This document shows, in pieces, positions 37,999 to 47,046 of a stretch of DNA of 64,000 bases (the stretch's first letter is position 1; each line of letters opens with the position of its first letter). The notes below the pieces were generated by a model that was not told the origin of the DNA, ran no database searches, and worked only from the letters and a program-made list of their open reading frames with translations. Position numbers and translations under genes: made by a program. The stretch is from Candidatus Saccharimonadales bacterium (GTDB lineage Bacteria; Patescibacteriota; Saccharimonadia; Saccharimonadales; EFPC-124): positions 2,390-66,389 of the forward strand of contig DATIBT010000033.1 of NCBI GenBank assembly GCA_035457345.1, in the 5' to 3' direction.

Positions 37999-39035
37999 GC
38001 ATGAGGCTCTCGCGCAAAGAGAAATTGGCCGTTATATCCAGCCTTGCTACCATGCTTAATTCGGGCATCTCCATTCTGGAAGCCGTCGACACTCTGTTAG
38101 AGGACAATAAGGGGAGCTCACGTCGTCTCTTGTTACTATTCAGAGAGGCATTGAACGACGGCCACATGCTATCGACTGCCATGGAAAAAGCGACTGGCGT
38201 ATTTGACCCGGTAGACATAAACCTCATACGTGCCGCCGAAGAAGCGGGCACGCTCGACGAGGCACTGCACGATCTCACGCAGACCATTAAAAAAGACATG
38301 GCGTTTAGCGACAAAATTCGCGGCAGCCTTTTGTATCCAGTCTTTATTATGGTCATTTTTTTTGGTGTGTTGATTATGATATTGACCTTTGTGGTGCCCC
38401 GCATGTCAAAGGTCTTCTCTAGCCTCAGGGTTGACCTGCCTGCGCCGACTAAGTTTCTGATTGAGCTGTCCAATTTTATCTTAGCGAATTGGATATATCT
38501 GGTGGTTGTGGCGGTGGTGGCCGCGGTATTGTTGGTGCTATTTTATAAAACACAGAAGAAGCTGCTTTTTAACGCGCTGTCGCGTTTGCCACTATTTAAC
38601 ACATTGGCACAGCATATTGATTTCACCCGGTTCACTCGCAGTATGGCATTACTGCTGCGGGCGGGCGTGCCGGTCGCAGAGGCGCTCGATTTATCCCAAA
38701 AAGTTGTCATACGGCACGACGTAAGTCACGCCATTGCCCGTATGAAACAAGGGGTGAACACTGGCCACCCTATGTCCGAGGGGCTGAAGGCATCGCATAT
38801 TGCACCCTCGATCATGGTGCACATTTTACAGACCGCCGAACACAGTGGCACACTCGAAAAGACCATGCAGGAGCTTTCCGAGTATTTTGAAACTCAAGTG
38901 GCGCGCCGCTTAAAGGCAATCACTACGCTTATAGAACCGGTGCTGATTGTAGTGATTGGTGTGTTGGTGGGCGGCATGATGATGGCGGTAATTGCACCAA
39001 TCTATAACATCATAAGCCAAATTGGCTCGAGGTAG
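37995..39035 (+). CDS. Second PilC/GspF-family platform protein
   Basis: Two GspF-type repeats with TM segments, 346 aa; ATGA overlap with the upstream ATPase gene. Confidence 0.85.
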   Translation: MSMRLSRKEKLAVISSLATMLNSGISILEAVDTLLEDNKGSSRRLLLLFREALNDGHMLSTAMEKATGVFDPVDINLIRAAEEAGTLDEALHDLTQTIKKDMAFSDKIRGSLLYPVFIMVIFFGVLIMILTFVVPRMSKVFSSLRVDLPAPTKFLIELSNFILANWIYLVVVAVVAAVLLVLFYKTQKKLLFNALSRLPLFNTLAQHIDFTRFTRSMALLLRAGVPVAEALDLSQKVVIRHDVSHAIARMKQGVNTGHPMSEGLKASHIAPSIMVHILQTAEHSGTLEKTMQELSEYFETQVARRLKAITTLIEPVLIVVIGVLVGGMMMAVIAPIYNIISQIGSR

Positions 39036-39529
39036 TGGCTATGCATGTGCCACGCTCCAGCGCCAGGCAGCCAGGGTTTACGCTCGTTGAGCTTTTGCTT
39101 GTTATGGGGCTGGTGGCGGTCCTTGCCGGAATAACATCGGTTAACCTGTTCAGCCCGCAAACCAAAGCCAACATAAACAGCCTAACAGACCGGCTTGCCG
39201 CAGATATTAAGAGCCAACAAATCAAGGCCATGTCTGGTGACAGTATGAGCGCCAGCGCGGCACAGGAGCACGGCGTGTATATCCAAACTGGCACCTACAC
39301 TCTATTTAAAGGGACAGCTTATAGTGGTGCAGATACCGATAATATCCCCATTGCCAGCGAAGGCGGCGTCACGCTCAGCACTACCTTTCCGTCTACACAG
39401 GTGGTATTCGACAAGGGCAGCGGCGAAGTCATTGGCTTCACGAACGGCTCAAATACTATTACACTCAGCGGTTCGGGGGAAACAAAAACAATAACCATTA
39501 ACCGTTACGGGGCGGTGACGGTCAACTGA
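39035..39529 (+). CDS. Pseudopilin / minor pilin (GspH/FimT-like)
   Basis: Prepilin motif RQPGFTLVELLLVMGLVAVLAGI; 164 aa. Confidence 0.7.
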   Translation: MAMHVPRSSARQPGFTLVELLLVMGLVAVLAGITSVNLFSPQTKANINSLTDRLAADIKSQQIKAMSGDSMSASAAQEHGVYIQTGTYTLFKGTAYSGADTDNIPIASEGGVTLSTTFPSTQVVFDKGSGEVIGFTNGSNTITLSGSGETKTITINRYGAVTVN

Positions 39530-39530
39530 T

Positions 39531-42002
39531 ATGTATAAGCAGCGCGGACAAACAATCATTGAGCTTCTGGTGGCGATAGGCATTTCAGCCATTATGTTGC
39601 CTGCGCTCGCTACTGCAGTGTTTGCGTCACGCGAGGGGCGGGCGCAAGATGCTGAACGCCTTCAGGCGGCAGCGTTATTGCGAGAGACTGATGAAGCGGT
39701 TCGTTCTGTGCGCGAAAAGGGGTGGGCCGCCTTCGCCGTTAACGGTACATACCATCCAGCCATAAATATAGCGGCATGGAACTTAGTCGCAGGGTCGGAG
39801 GTGGTGGGTAACTTTACACGCCAGGTGGTGATATCAGACGTGCAGCGTAATGCGGCTGGAGCCATTGTACCGAGTGGGGGTACGATTGACCAATCGACTA
39901 AAAAAGTAACGACAACGGTGTCATGGTCACAGCCAATGAACGGGTCGCTTAGCACTGAAACGTACTACCAACGCTATCTGGGTAATGCTGCCTGGGCACA
40001 GACAACTCAGGCTGAATTTAACGCGGGAACCAAAACTAATACAACCGCAACCTCTACCGGGGACGGCCAAGTTGAATTGGCCGGTGGCGGAGGCGGAAGC
40101 CACGTGCAGACAGCCGGCTCTAATAATGATGCTAGCGCCACGACTATCGCACAAGCCCTTCCGGCAAATGTGAACGGCGAGAGCTTAATTGTCGCAAGCA
40201 TATCTTGGGATACCACTTCTTCTACTACAGTTACCTGTTCTGATAATCAGAATAATACCTATACTACCGTCGTTAATATTAACGACACGACTAATACCCA
40301 GGCGCTGGCAATTTGTTACGCATCGAATGTCCCAGCTGCGGCTACTACTGTTACTGCTACGTTTGGCGCCGCATCTACACTACGTCGAATCACGGTAAGC
40401 GAGTACAGTGGCGTGGCGGCCGTGGTGCCGGTGGATGTGAGCAAAACAAACATTGCCAACGGTACAACGGCCACAGATAACATTACTAGTACTGCCGCCA
40501 CAACTACGGCTGCAAACGACCTTATTTACGGTGCAGTGGTCGAAACATCGGCAGGGACGGCGACGATCACGGGCGGCACCGGCTTTACGCAACGCAATAC
40601 AAATGCTACCGATACGACGCTTGCGGTGCAGGATCGTATTTTAGGGACTGCTGGCTCTACCTCCTCGACACACACCTTCAGTGCTGCTCTCAGATATGCC
40701 GCAGGGATGGTGGCATTCAAGACGAAGTCGTCAACGGCCAATTGGGCTTCTCCTTCTGTTGGCGGCACGTATGATGCGAGCGGTACTCAGGATGCGCTCG
40801 ACGTATTTACTGCAGGTAACTACGCCTATTTATGTAACGGTTCGGTACTGACGATTTTGAATATCTCAAACCCGACCTCGCCAACGTTGGTCGGTACCTA
40901 CACGGCGTCATCAACGGTGCGGCATGTGTACGTTGATGGTAATTACGCTTATTTATCAACGGCAAGTGATACTGCCGAGCTCACTATTGTAAACATAACA
41001 AATCCCGCAAGCCCGACCCTTGCTTCGTCGGTCAACCTAACCGATACCAACGACGGCTTCGCAACATTTGTAACCGGTGGATACGCCTATGTTGGCCGCG
41101 CTCTCGACACAACCACAGGAACGAATGAATTCTACATTTTAAATGTTACCAATCCTGCCAGTCCTTCCGTATTGGGCAGCGTCAACTTAACCGGCGCAGT
41201 AAACAACATAAAAGTAAGTGGCAACTTCGCTTTTTTGGCAACTACTATTGATACGCAAGAGATGGTGGTCATTAATGTTACCAACAAAAGTTCGCCCACA
41301 TTGTCGACGAGTTACAACGCCGCAGGCACGTCAGATGCTAACGATCTTGGTATCCTGGGGACCGTCTTATACGTGGCAACAGTAGCCAATGCCTCTGGCG
41401 CCGAGGTGTTCGCACTTAATATAACTACGCCAACCTCACCGGCACTTTTAGGCACATACGAAACGGGGGCAAACGTAACCGGTGTTTCGGCAGTTCCTAA
41501 TAATTTGTTTTTATCGGTAGCGAATCAGCTGACGGTGTTGAATAATTCCAATCCGAGTAGTTTGCAGCTAAGGTCAACATTGGGCTTTGGGTCCCCGGCT
41601 AACGACGTTAAAGCCTGGGGCGATTATGTGTACGTCGCTACTGCCAGTAATACGCAGGAGATGGTGATTGTGGCGCCAACATTTGCGTCGAGCGGGTATG
41701 CGACGTCGGGTAGTTTTGATTCATCTACATTCGATGCCGGTGCTAGCGCGGCGTTTAACTATCTTACCTTTACGATCACAGAGCCGGCGAGTACCAACAT
41801 CAGCTTCCAGCTTGCCACTAACAACGATAACGCAACGTGGAACTATGTAGGCCCAGACGGTACGGCCTCTACCTTCTATACCTCGGCTCAGACCATACGC
41901 CTGAATACCGTTGGCCGTTATTTACGGTACAGAGCCGCCTTTACGGGACCGGGCACGTCGACCCCGGTGTTAAGTGACATATCGATAAACTATTCGCCAT
42001 GA
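39531..42002 (+). CDS. Giant prepilin-like protein with LVIVD-type beta-propeller repeats (putative pilus tip or surface adhesin)
   Basis: N-terminus MYKQRGQTIIELLVAIGISAIMLPAL (class III signal with Glu5). C-terminal half carries six or more repeats of the LVIVD pattern (GNYAYL...LTILNISNPTSPTLVGTY; TIVNITNPASPTL; YILNVTNPASPSVLGSV; VVINVTNKSSPTLSTSY; VFALNITTPTSPALLGTY; LTVLNNSNPSSLQL). Confidence 0.7.
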   Translation: MYKQRGQTIIELLVAIGISAIMLPALATAVFASREGRAQDAERLQAAALLRETDEAVRSVREKGWAAFAVNGTYHPAINIAAWNLVAGSEVVGNFTRQVVISDVQRNAAGAIVPSGGTIDQSTKKVTTTVSWSQPMNGSLSTETYYQRYLGNAAWAQTTQAEFNAGTKTNTTATSTGDGQVELAGGGGGSHVQTAGSNNDASATTIAQALPANVNGESLIVASISWDTTSSTTVTCSDNQNNTYTTVVNINDTTNTQALAICYASNVPAAATTVTATFGAASTLRRITVSEYSGVAAVVPVDVSKTNIANGTTATDNITSTAATTTAANDLIYGAVVETSAGTATITGGTGFTQRNTNATDTTLAVQDRILGTAGSTSSTHTFSAALRYAAGMVAFKTKSSTANWASPSVGGTYDASGTQDALDVFTAGNYAYLCNGSVLTILNISNPTSPTLVGTYTASSTVRHVYVDGNYAYLSTASDTAELTIVNITNPASPTLASSVNLTDTNDGFATFVTGGYAYVGRALDTTTGTNEFYILNVTNPASPSVLGSVNLTGAVNNIKVSGNFAFLATTIDTQEMVVINVTNKSSPTLSTSYNAAGTSDANDLGILGTVLYVATVANASGAEVFALNITTPTSPALLGTYETGANVTGVSAVPNNLFLSVANQLTVLNNSNPSSLQLRSTLGFGSPANDVKAWGDYVYVATASNTQEMVIVAPTFASSGYATSGSFDSSTFDAGASAAFNYLTFTITEPASTNISFQLATNNDNATWNYVGPDGTASTFYTSAQTIRLNTVGRYLRYRAAFTGPGTSTPVLSDISINYSP

Positions 42003-42496
42003 TACAACATGCTAACCAAAAAGGCTTTACTCTTGCCGAACTCCTCATTGTCATGGGGCTTATGTCGATGTTCATGTTGGTGCTGACCGATGTGTTTACG
42101 GCGGCAGTGACAGTACGGAGTGAGTCAGAGGCAACGTCTGCCGTGGCGAATGACGGACGGTTTTTATTATCTCGTCTCAGCTACGATATTGAATGTGCCA
42201 GCTCGATTACCACCCCTGCCAGTTTAGGGGCGAGCGGCGCCAGTCTTGCAATGGTCATAGACGGCGTGACGCATACCTACGCACTTTCGGGCGGAAACTT
42301 ACAGCTCACCAATAACCTCGGCACGAATAATCTTAACGGCAGTGAAACCACCATATCCGGTCTTACTTTTCAACGACTCGGCAACGCCGGTGGCAAAGAT
42401 ACGATACGGCTAAGTCTGACTGTTACGAGCGACGCCATCCGCGAAGGCGGATCGCCAGAAGCCGAAACATTCACCACTACTGTGGGGAGGCGGTGA
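41999..42496 (+). CDS. Pseudopilin / minor pilin (PilW/GspJ-like)
   Basis: Prepilin motif NQKGFTLAELLIVMGLMSMFMLVL; ATGA overlap with the upstream gene. Confidence 0.7.
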   Translation: MIQHANQKGFTLAELLIVMGLMSMFMLVLTDVFTAAVTVRSESEATSAVANDGRFLLSRLSYDIECASSITTPASLGASGASLAMVIDGVTHTYALSGGNLQLTNNLGTNNLNGSETTISGLTFQRLGNAGGKDTIRLSLTVTSDAIREGGSPEAETFTTTVGRR

Positions 42497-42885
42497 TGAA
42501 AAGGAGTACTACGCATGCGCAGTCTGGTCAGGCGCTCGTGGCGCTGCTCTGCTTTATGGCTATGGCCATTACCATCACGACCGCTGCGGTTATCGTGACG
42601 CTGGTCAATGCCCAAACAACCTCCAAATATACATTAGGCCAAGAGACGCTTAGTATTGCTGAGTCAGGCATCGATAATGCTATGCTCCGGCTGGCTCGCG
42701 ACCCTGCATATACCGGGGAGACGCTGACGGTCGGGAACGGAACTGTTACAATAACCGTAAGCGGTTCACCCACTATAACCATTACTTCGGTTGGTACTAT
42801 GGGCAATTTCCGCAGGACGATAGAGGCTACTGCCTCTAGGACCAATAACACGCTCGTAATCTCGAGCTGGAAAGAAACGCCATAG
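42493..42885 (+). CDS. PilX/GspK-like minor pilin
   Basis: Hydrophobic N-terminal helix without Glu5 (SGQALVALLCFMAMAITI) followed by SIAESGIDNAML (PilX_N-like AEaG motif). Confidence 0.5.
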   Translation: MMKRSTTHAQSGQALVALLCFMAMAITITTAAVIVTLVNAQTTSKYTLGQETLSIAESGIDNAMLRLARDPAYTGETLTVGNGTVTITVSGSPTITITSVGTMGNFRRTIEATASRTNNTLVISSWKETP

Positions 42886-42886
42886 C

Positions 42887-43444
42887 ATGATTTTCCAGAA
42901 TAACCCTACTGTTGCTTTGCATGTCACCCGCGAGGGGCTGACCGGCTATACTAAATCTGGTAAAAATGGCCATAGCCAAAAGTTGTCGTTTCCGCCAGAA
43001 GTAGTGCGCAACCTAGAAGTAGTAGACCAGCCGCAGCTCGCCAAGCTCGTTGCAACATTTGCAGCCGAAAATAAACTGCACGGCCAGCGGGTGGTCATTT
43101 TATTGGACGATTCCGTTATTTTCCAAAAGATCGTGCCGGCGGCGGAGGAAATAAAACAGCCGGGGGTAGTGGCAGATTTCGAGCATAAAGTGCCATTCGA
43201 TCCCGAAAAGCGGCGAGTGATCACCCTGCACCCTAAAGACCAGCTCGTCATTCTTGGCACGAATAGAGTGTTGTACGAGACGATTGCTACCGCCCTCCAG
43301 ACCGTCGGTGCAAAAGTGTTGGCTGCTGCTCCTATGGCAATTTATGGGAAGGGCAAAGGGGGGCAATTAAATCGTGAAACCCTCGCACCGGTGTTAAACG
43401 ACACTCGCAGGGCAGAGGCTGCAAATTTCTTGCACGTCAATTAA
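42887..43444 (+). CDS. Hypothetical cytoplasmic protein in the pilus-like operon (possibly a truncated PilM/GspL-like assembly factor)
   Basis: No TM; the N-terminus VALHVTREGLTGYTK weakly resembles the PilM N-terminal strand-loop; speculative. Confidence 0.3.
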   Translation: MIFQNNPTVALHVTREGLTGYTKSGKNGHSQKLSFPPEVVRNLEVVDQPQLAKLVATFAAENKLHGQRVVILLDDSVIFQKIVPAAEEIKQPGVVADFEHKVPFDPEKRRVITLHPKDQLVILGTNRVLYETIATALQTVGAKVLAAAPMAIYGKGKGGQLNRETLAPVLNDTRRAEAANFLHVN

Positions 43445-43501
43445 TTGACTTAACGACCGAGTCAGGTAATATTAAGAGTAGAGTAAAAAGGGTATGCTTT
43501 T

Positions 43502-43975
43502 ATGCAAATTGCGAACAGGCAAAAGGGCTTTACATTAATTGAAGTGCTTGTGGTGATCGGTATCCTCGCGGTACTGCTCGCATTAGTGTTAATTGCGGTG
43601 AATCCGCGGCAACACTTTATACAGGCCAATAACACACAGCGGCGTTCAGATGCTAACGCAATCCTGAATGCTATTGGGTCGTACATGTCCCAAAACAAGG
43701 GCCAATTGCCAGCTGGTATCGATGGGACGGTCAGGACAATTACATCGACCGCTGGAGCTAGCAACATTAACTTGTGTACTGCTTTGGTGCCCACCTATAT
43801 TGCTGACATTCCGTTAGACCCAGTCACCGGCACCGAGACTCCCGCCGGTTCACAGTGTACAACGGGTGGTGCTACCTATAGTAGTGGCTACACGGTAACA
43901 ACGACCGGTGGTAACCGAGTCACCGTAGCTGCGCCAGCTGCCGAGAACGGCGAAACAATTAGCGTTACCCGCTAA
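43502..43975 (+). CDS. Type IV pilin (likely the major pilin of the second system)
   Basis: RQKGFTLIEVLVVIGILAVLLALVLIAV canonical prepilin leader; RBS-containing 57-nt gap before it; terminator after it. Confidence 0.85.
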   Translation: MQIANRQKGFTLIEVLVVIGILAVLLALVLIAVNPRQHFIQANNTQRRSDANAILNAIGSYMSQNKGQLPAGIDGTVRTITSTAGASNINLCTALVPTYIADIPLDPVTGTETPAGSQCTTGGATYSSGYTVTTTGGNRVTVAAPAAENGETISVTR

Positions 43976-43992
43976 CAAGACGCACAACTAAA

Positions 43993-44028
43993 TGACCCCG
44001 AGCACTTGCCGCCCGGGTCATTTTTTAT
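43993..44028 (+). terminator. Hairpin (tgacccc...gggtca) followed by TTTTTTATT; intrinsic terminator after the pilin gene
   Basis: Imperfect 7-bp stem plus a T6 run read in the sequence. Confidence 0.45.
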
Positions 44029-44076
44029 TCCGGCGATACCTGGCTGAACTACTGAAAATGCGCTACACTAACTGAT

Positions 44077-46704
44077 ATGTGCGGTATCGCTGGTTATTTC
44101 GGGTACTCCGATGACAAACAACTCCTAAAAACAATGAACGCTGCCCAGGCGCACCGTGGGCCCGACGGCCCCGGCTACTTTACCGACGGTCCGGTTGGTT
44201 TTGCGCATCTGCGTTTGGCCATTATTGACCGCGCGCATGGCATGCAGCCAATCACCGATGCCAGTGGCAATTACACGGTCATCTACAACGGCGAAATTTA
44301 TAACTACCTCTCACTCAAAAAAGAGCTAGAAGACGCGGGCCGTACATTTAAGACCGAATCCGATACAGAAGTTATCGTGGAGGGCTTTGCGGCGTGGGGC
44401 GCCGATATATTCGACAAGCTCAACGGTATGTTCGCCGTTGCTATCTGGGACAAGAGCAAAAGCCAGCTTATCTTGGCGCGCGATCACTTTGGCATAAAGC
44501 CGCTTTATATAGCCCGCGATGGCAAGAACCTGTTGTTTGCCTCAGAAATTAAAGCGTTGCTGGCAACTAAAAAGATTGAAACGTCACCCAATGACCGTCT
44601 TATTTACCGCTATTTGCGGTTCCGCATTCATGAAGATTCGGCCGAAACATTCTTTACCGGTATAGAAAAACTCATGCCAGGCGAAATGATGGTGGTTGAT
44701 AAAAATGGTGCGACACGTTCGCAATTTACCACGTTTGTCGATGATCTTGCCAAACAAGGCAATAAAACACAGCCCTACACGCAATCTATCACCGACGAAT
44801 ACGCCAAACGGTTGACCGAATCTGTCCGCATGCGCCTCATGAGTGAAGTGCCAGTTGGCACCTGCCTATCCGGCGGCTTAGACTCGTCGGCTATCATGCT
44901 GACCATCAACAAATTATTGAACGAGAAAGATGCTGCCACTCAATCTGTCGGCGCGCTACAAAACACCTTTAGCGCCGTTTTCCCTGGTTCAATTAATGAC
45001 GAAGAAAAATACATAGACGCCGTGCTCGCACAAGCCAAAGGCAAGGTAGCGGAGCACAAGATTTACCCCACGGCGGACACTTTTGCCACTGACCTAGAAG
45101 ATTTTATCCGCACCCAAGAAGAGCCGACTATTAGCACCGGCCCCTACGCCCAGTATAAAGTTATGGAAGAGGCCGCCAAGCACGTCACGGTGCTGCTCGA
45201 CGGCCAAGGGGCAGACGAAATGCTCGCCGGTTACTACCCCTACTATTTCGTATATTTGCGTCAGCTGAAGCGCCAAGGCCGCTACCTTAAAATGATGGGT
45301 GAAATGCTGCGTTCTACCGATGTCCTTTTCCGTTTCCTGCGGTTCCGCCTGTACGACAAGCTGAACTTCCGCAAAAGAGTCGGCATAAGTGAATTGCTCA
45401 ACAGCACATTCAAGCAAACTCACTCCGCTGAGACGTTTGCGCCCGTGCCCGACGACCTAAAGAAACGTTTTATAGAAGACTTGTTTCATAATAGCCTGCC
45501 GGCGCTCCTTAGGTACGAAGACAAAAATACCATGCGCTTTAGCTTGGAGGGCCGCGTCCCATTCCTCGACAAAGAAACGGTGACATTTTTGTTTGGCCTG
45601 AGCGACGAAGCTATTATTCGTGGTAGTTGGAACAAGCGTATTTTGCGTGACGCCACAAAGGGGTTGCTGCCGGAAGCGGTACGCGCACGCCGCAATAAAA
45701 TCGGCTTTACAACTCCTGAAGTTGAATGGTTCAAGCGCCTTAAGACCCGTTTTTACGGTATCTTCCTGAGTGAGAGTTTTGCTAACCGCCCTTACTTCAA
45801 CCAGCAAGCGGTACTAAGCGCGTTTGAAGGTCATATTAAGGGCCGTAACACCACTGATACTATGATTTTTTGGCGTATGCTCAATGTTGAGCTGTGGCTG
45901 CGTGAATTCTTCGACGAAAAAGCACCGGAGCAACCGGTACACGAAAAAACCGACCTCGAACCTAACAAAGAAAAGCAGCTCGATCTTGTGGCAAACGGCA
46001 AAACCTACCGCCGCTATCCTCTGCGCACCAAAATGGTTGCCGCTACAGACGAGCTGGCTCCATTTGTCGCGGACCGCCTGAAGGATTTCTTCCAGACATT
46101 ACAGGCTTCTGACCACAAAGCCTACATGCAAAAGGACTGGCGTTTGTTTATTAGCGAAAAAGTAGTCGCGATTACCCAGGGCCGTTCCTACTTTATCTGG
46201 GATATTAAGCCTGGCTTTTGGGCGCGTACCCTCAGTAAATTTGTGGTTAAAACGCCATATGGGATTGGCCTGGGCAGCCCATGGACCATGCAGCTTGCCA
46301 TAGAAGAAGCCGGCTTGACGCGCATTTTATTTGCCTCCGTGGGGGGTGCGGTAGGCAAGGTGCTCGGCAAGAAAGGGGTGTTTTATGAGCTTGCCGGCGC
46401 GAATGTCCGCGCCATTGACGGCCCGACCGAATACTCGGTGTACCCCAGCAATGTTTCGGCTAAATTGCCACCGAAAGACCCAACCAAAGTGGCCGCTCAG
46501 CTCGATGCTGCTATTCGCGACGTCCTCCCTGCTGAAGCTGTCGAGCACTTCAAGGGCGTTGTAGTAATTGACGCTAATGACCTGGGCCGTAATGTTCTTG
46601 GCCATAATACCGACCACCATCCAGCGGACCTAGAGGCTGTGTTTGCCGATAACCCCCTTGGGCAGGGGAGCGAACAAACGCCGTTATGCGTGGTGTTCGA
46701 GTAA
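44077..46704 (+). CDS. Asparagine synthetase (glutamine-hydrolysing, AsnB-like) fused to a C-terminal CofE-like (F420-0:gamma-glutamyl ligase family) domain
   Basis: N-terminal Ntn-hydrolase MCGIAGYFGY (Cys2 nucleophile) and the AsnB synthetase PP-loop TCLSGGLDSSAI. C-terminal roughly 230 aa show CofE-family motifs: ISEKVVAITQGR (cf. SKAEGR), NVRAIDGP, GVVVIDANDLGRNVLGHNTD (cf. ITDTNGR). Confidence 0.75.
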   Translation: MCGIAGYFGYSDDKQLLKTMNAAQAHRGPDGPGYFTDGPVGFAHLRLAIIDRAHGMQPITDASGNYTVIYNGEIYNYLSLKKELEDAGRTFKTESDTEVIVEGFAAWGADIFDKLNGMFAVAIWDKSKSQLILARDHFGIKPLYIARDGKNLLFASEIKALLATKKIETSPNDRLIYRYLRFRIHEDSAETFFTGIEKLMPGEMMVVDKNGATRSQFTTFVDDLAKQGNKTQPYTQSITDEYAKRLTESVRMRLMSEVPVGTCLSGGLDSSAIMLTINKLLNEKDAATQSVGALQNTFSAVFPGSINDEEKYIDAVLAQAKGKVAEHKIYPTADTFATDLEDFIRTQEEPTISTGPYAQYKVMEEAAKHVTVLLDGQGADEMLAGYYPYYFVYLRQLKRQGRYLKMMGEMLRSTDVLFRFLRFRLYDKLNFRKRVGISELLNSTFKQTHSAETFAPVPDDLKKRFIEDLFHNSLPALLRYEDKNTMRFSLEGRVPFLDKETVTFLFGLSDEAIIRGSWNKRILRDATKGLLPEAVRARRNKIGFTTPEVEWFKRLKTRFYGIFLSESFANRPYFNQQAVLSAFEGHIKGRNTTDTMIFWRMLNVELWLREFFDEKAPEQPVHEKTDLEPNKEKQLDLVANGKTYRRYPLRTKMVAATDELAPFVADRLKDFFQTLQASDHKAYMQKDWRLFISEKVVAITQGRSYFIWDIKPGFWARTLSKFVVKTPYGIGLGSPWTMQLAIEEAGLTRILFASVGGAVGKVLGKKGVFYELAGANVRAIDGPTEYSVYPSNVSAKLPPKDPTKVAAQLDAAIRDVLPAEAVEHFKGVVVIDANDLGRNVLGHNTDHHPADLEAVFADNPLGQGSEQTPLCVVFE

Positions 46705-47015
46705 CGCCAAAACAGGCAGCTTACACTATTGCGGGACTGCTCGCCCTGTTGCTCGTGAGTGGCTATGCGGCTGCCATTTGGTTGGAGCGAACTGCGCCAG
46801 TGCATCCGGTGACCGGATTCCATACTTCGTTGGCTGGATCGCTTCTGTTCTTTGCGTATCCTGTGCTAGTAGTGCTGCAGTCGGTGCTGCTGCTCGCGGG
46901 CATAATTATGGCGGTTTGGGGCGCTATGGGCGCCAAGAAATACCTCGCGCCCGGTTTGCTTTTGTTGGCGATCGGGGCTGCATTCGCCCTTCTTAATTAC
47001 ATTGTTGGGGAGTAA
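46686..47015 (+). CDS. Small hypothetical membrane protein
   Basis: 109 aa, three hydrophobic helices; overlaps the AsnB stop by 19 nt. Confidence 0.3.
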   Translation: MRGVRVTPKQAAYTIAGLLALLLVSGYAAAIWLERTAPVHPVTGFHTSLAGSLLFFAYPVLVVLQSVLLLAGIIMAVWGAMGAKKYLAPGLLLLAIGAAFALLNYIVGE

Positions 47016-47046
47016 GATTTTGGCTGACGTGATAGGATAAAAGTAT

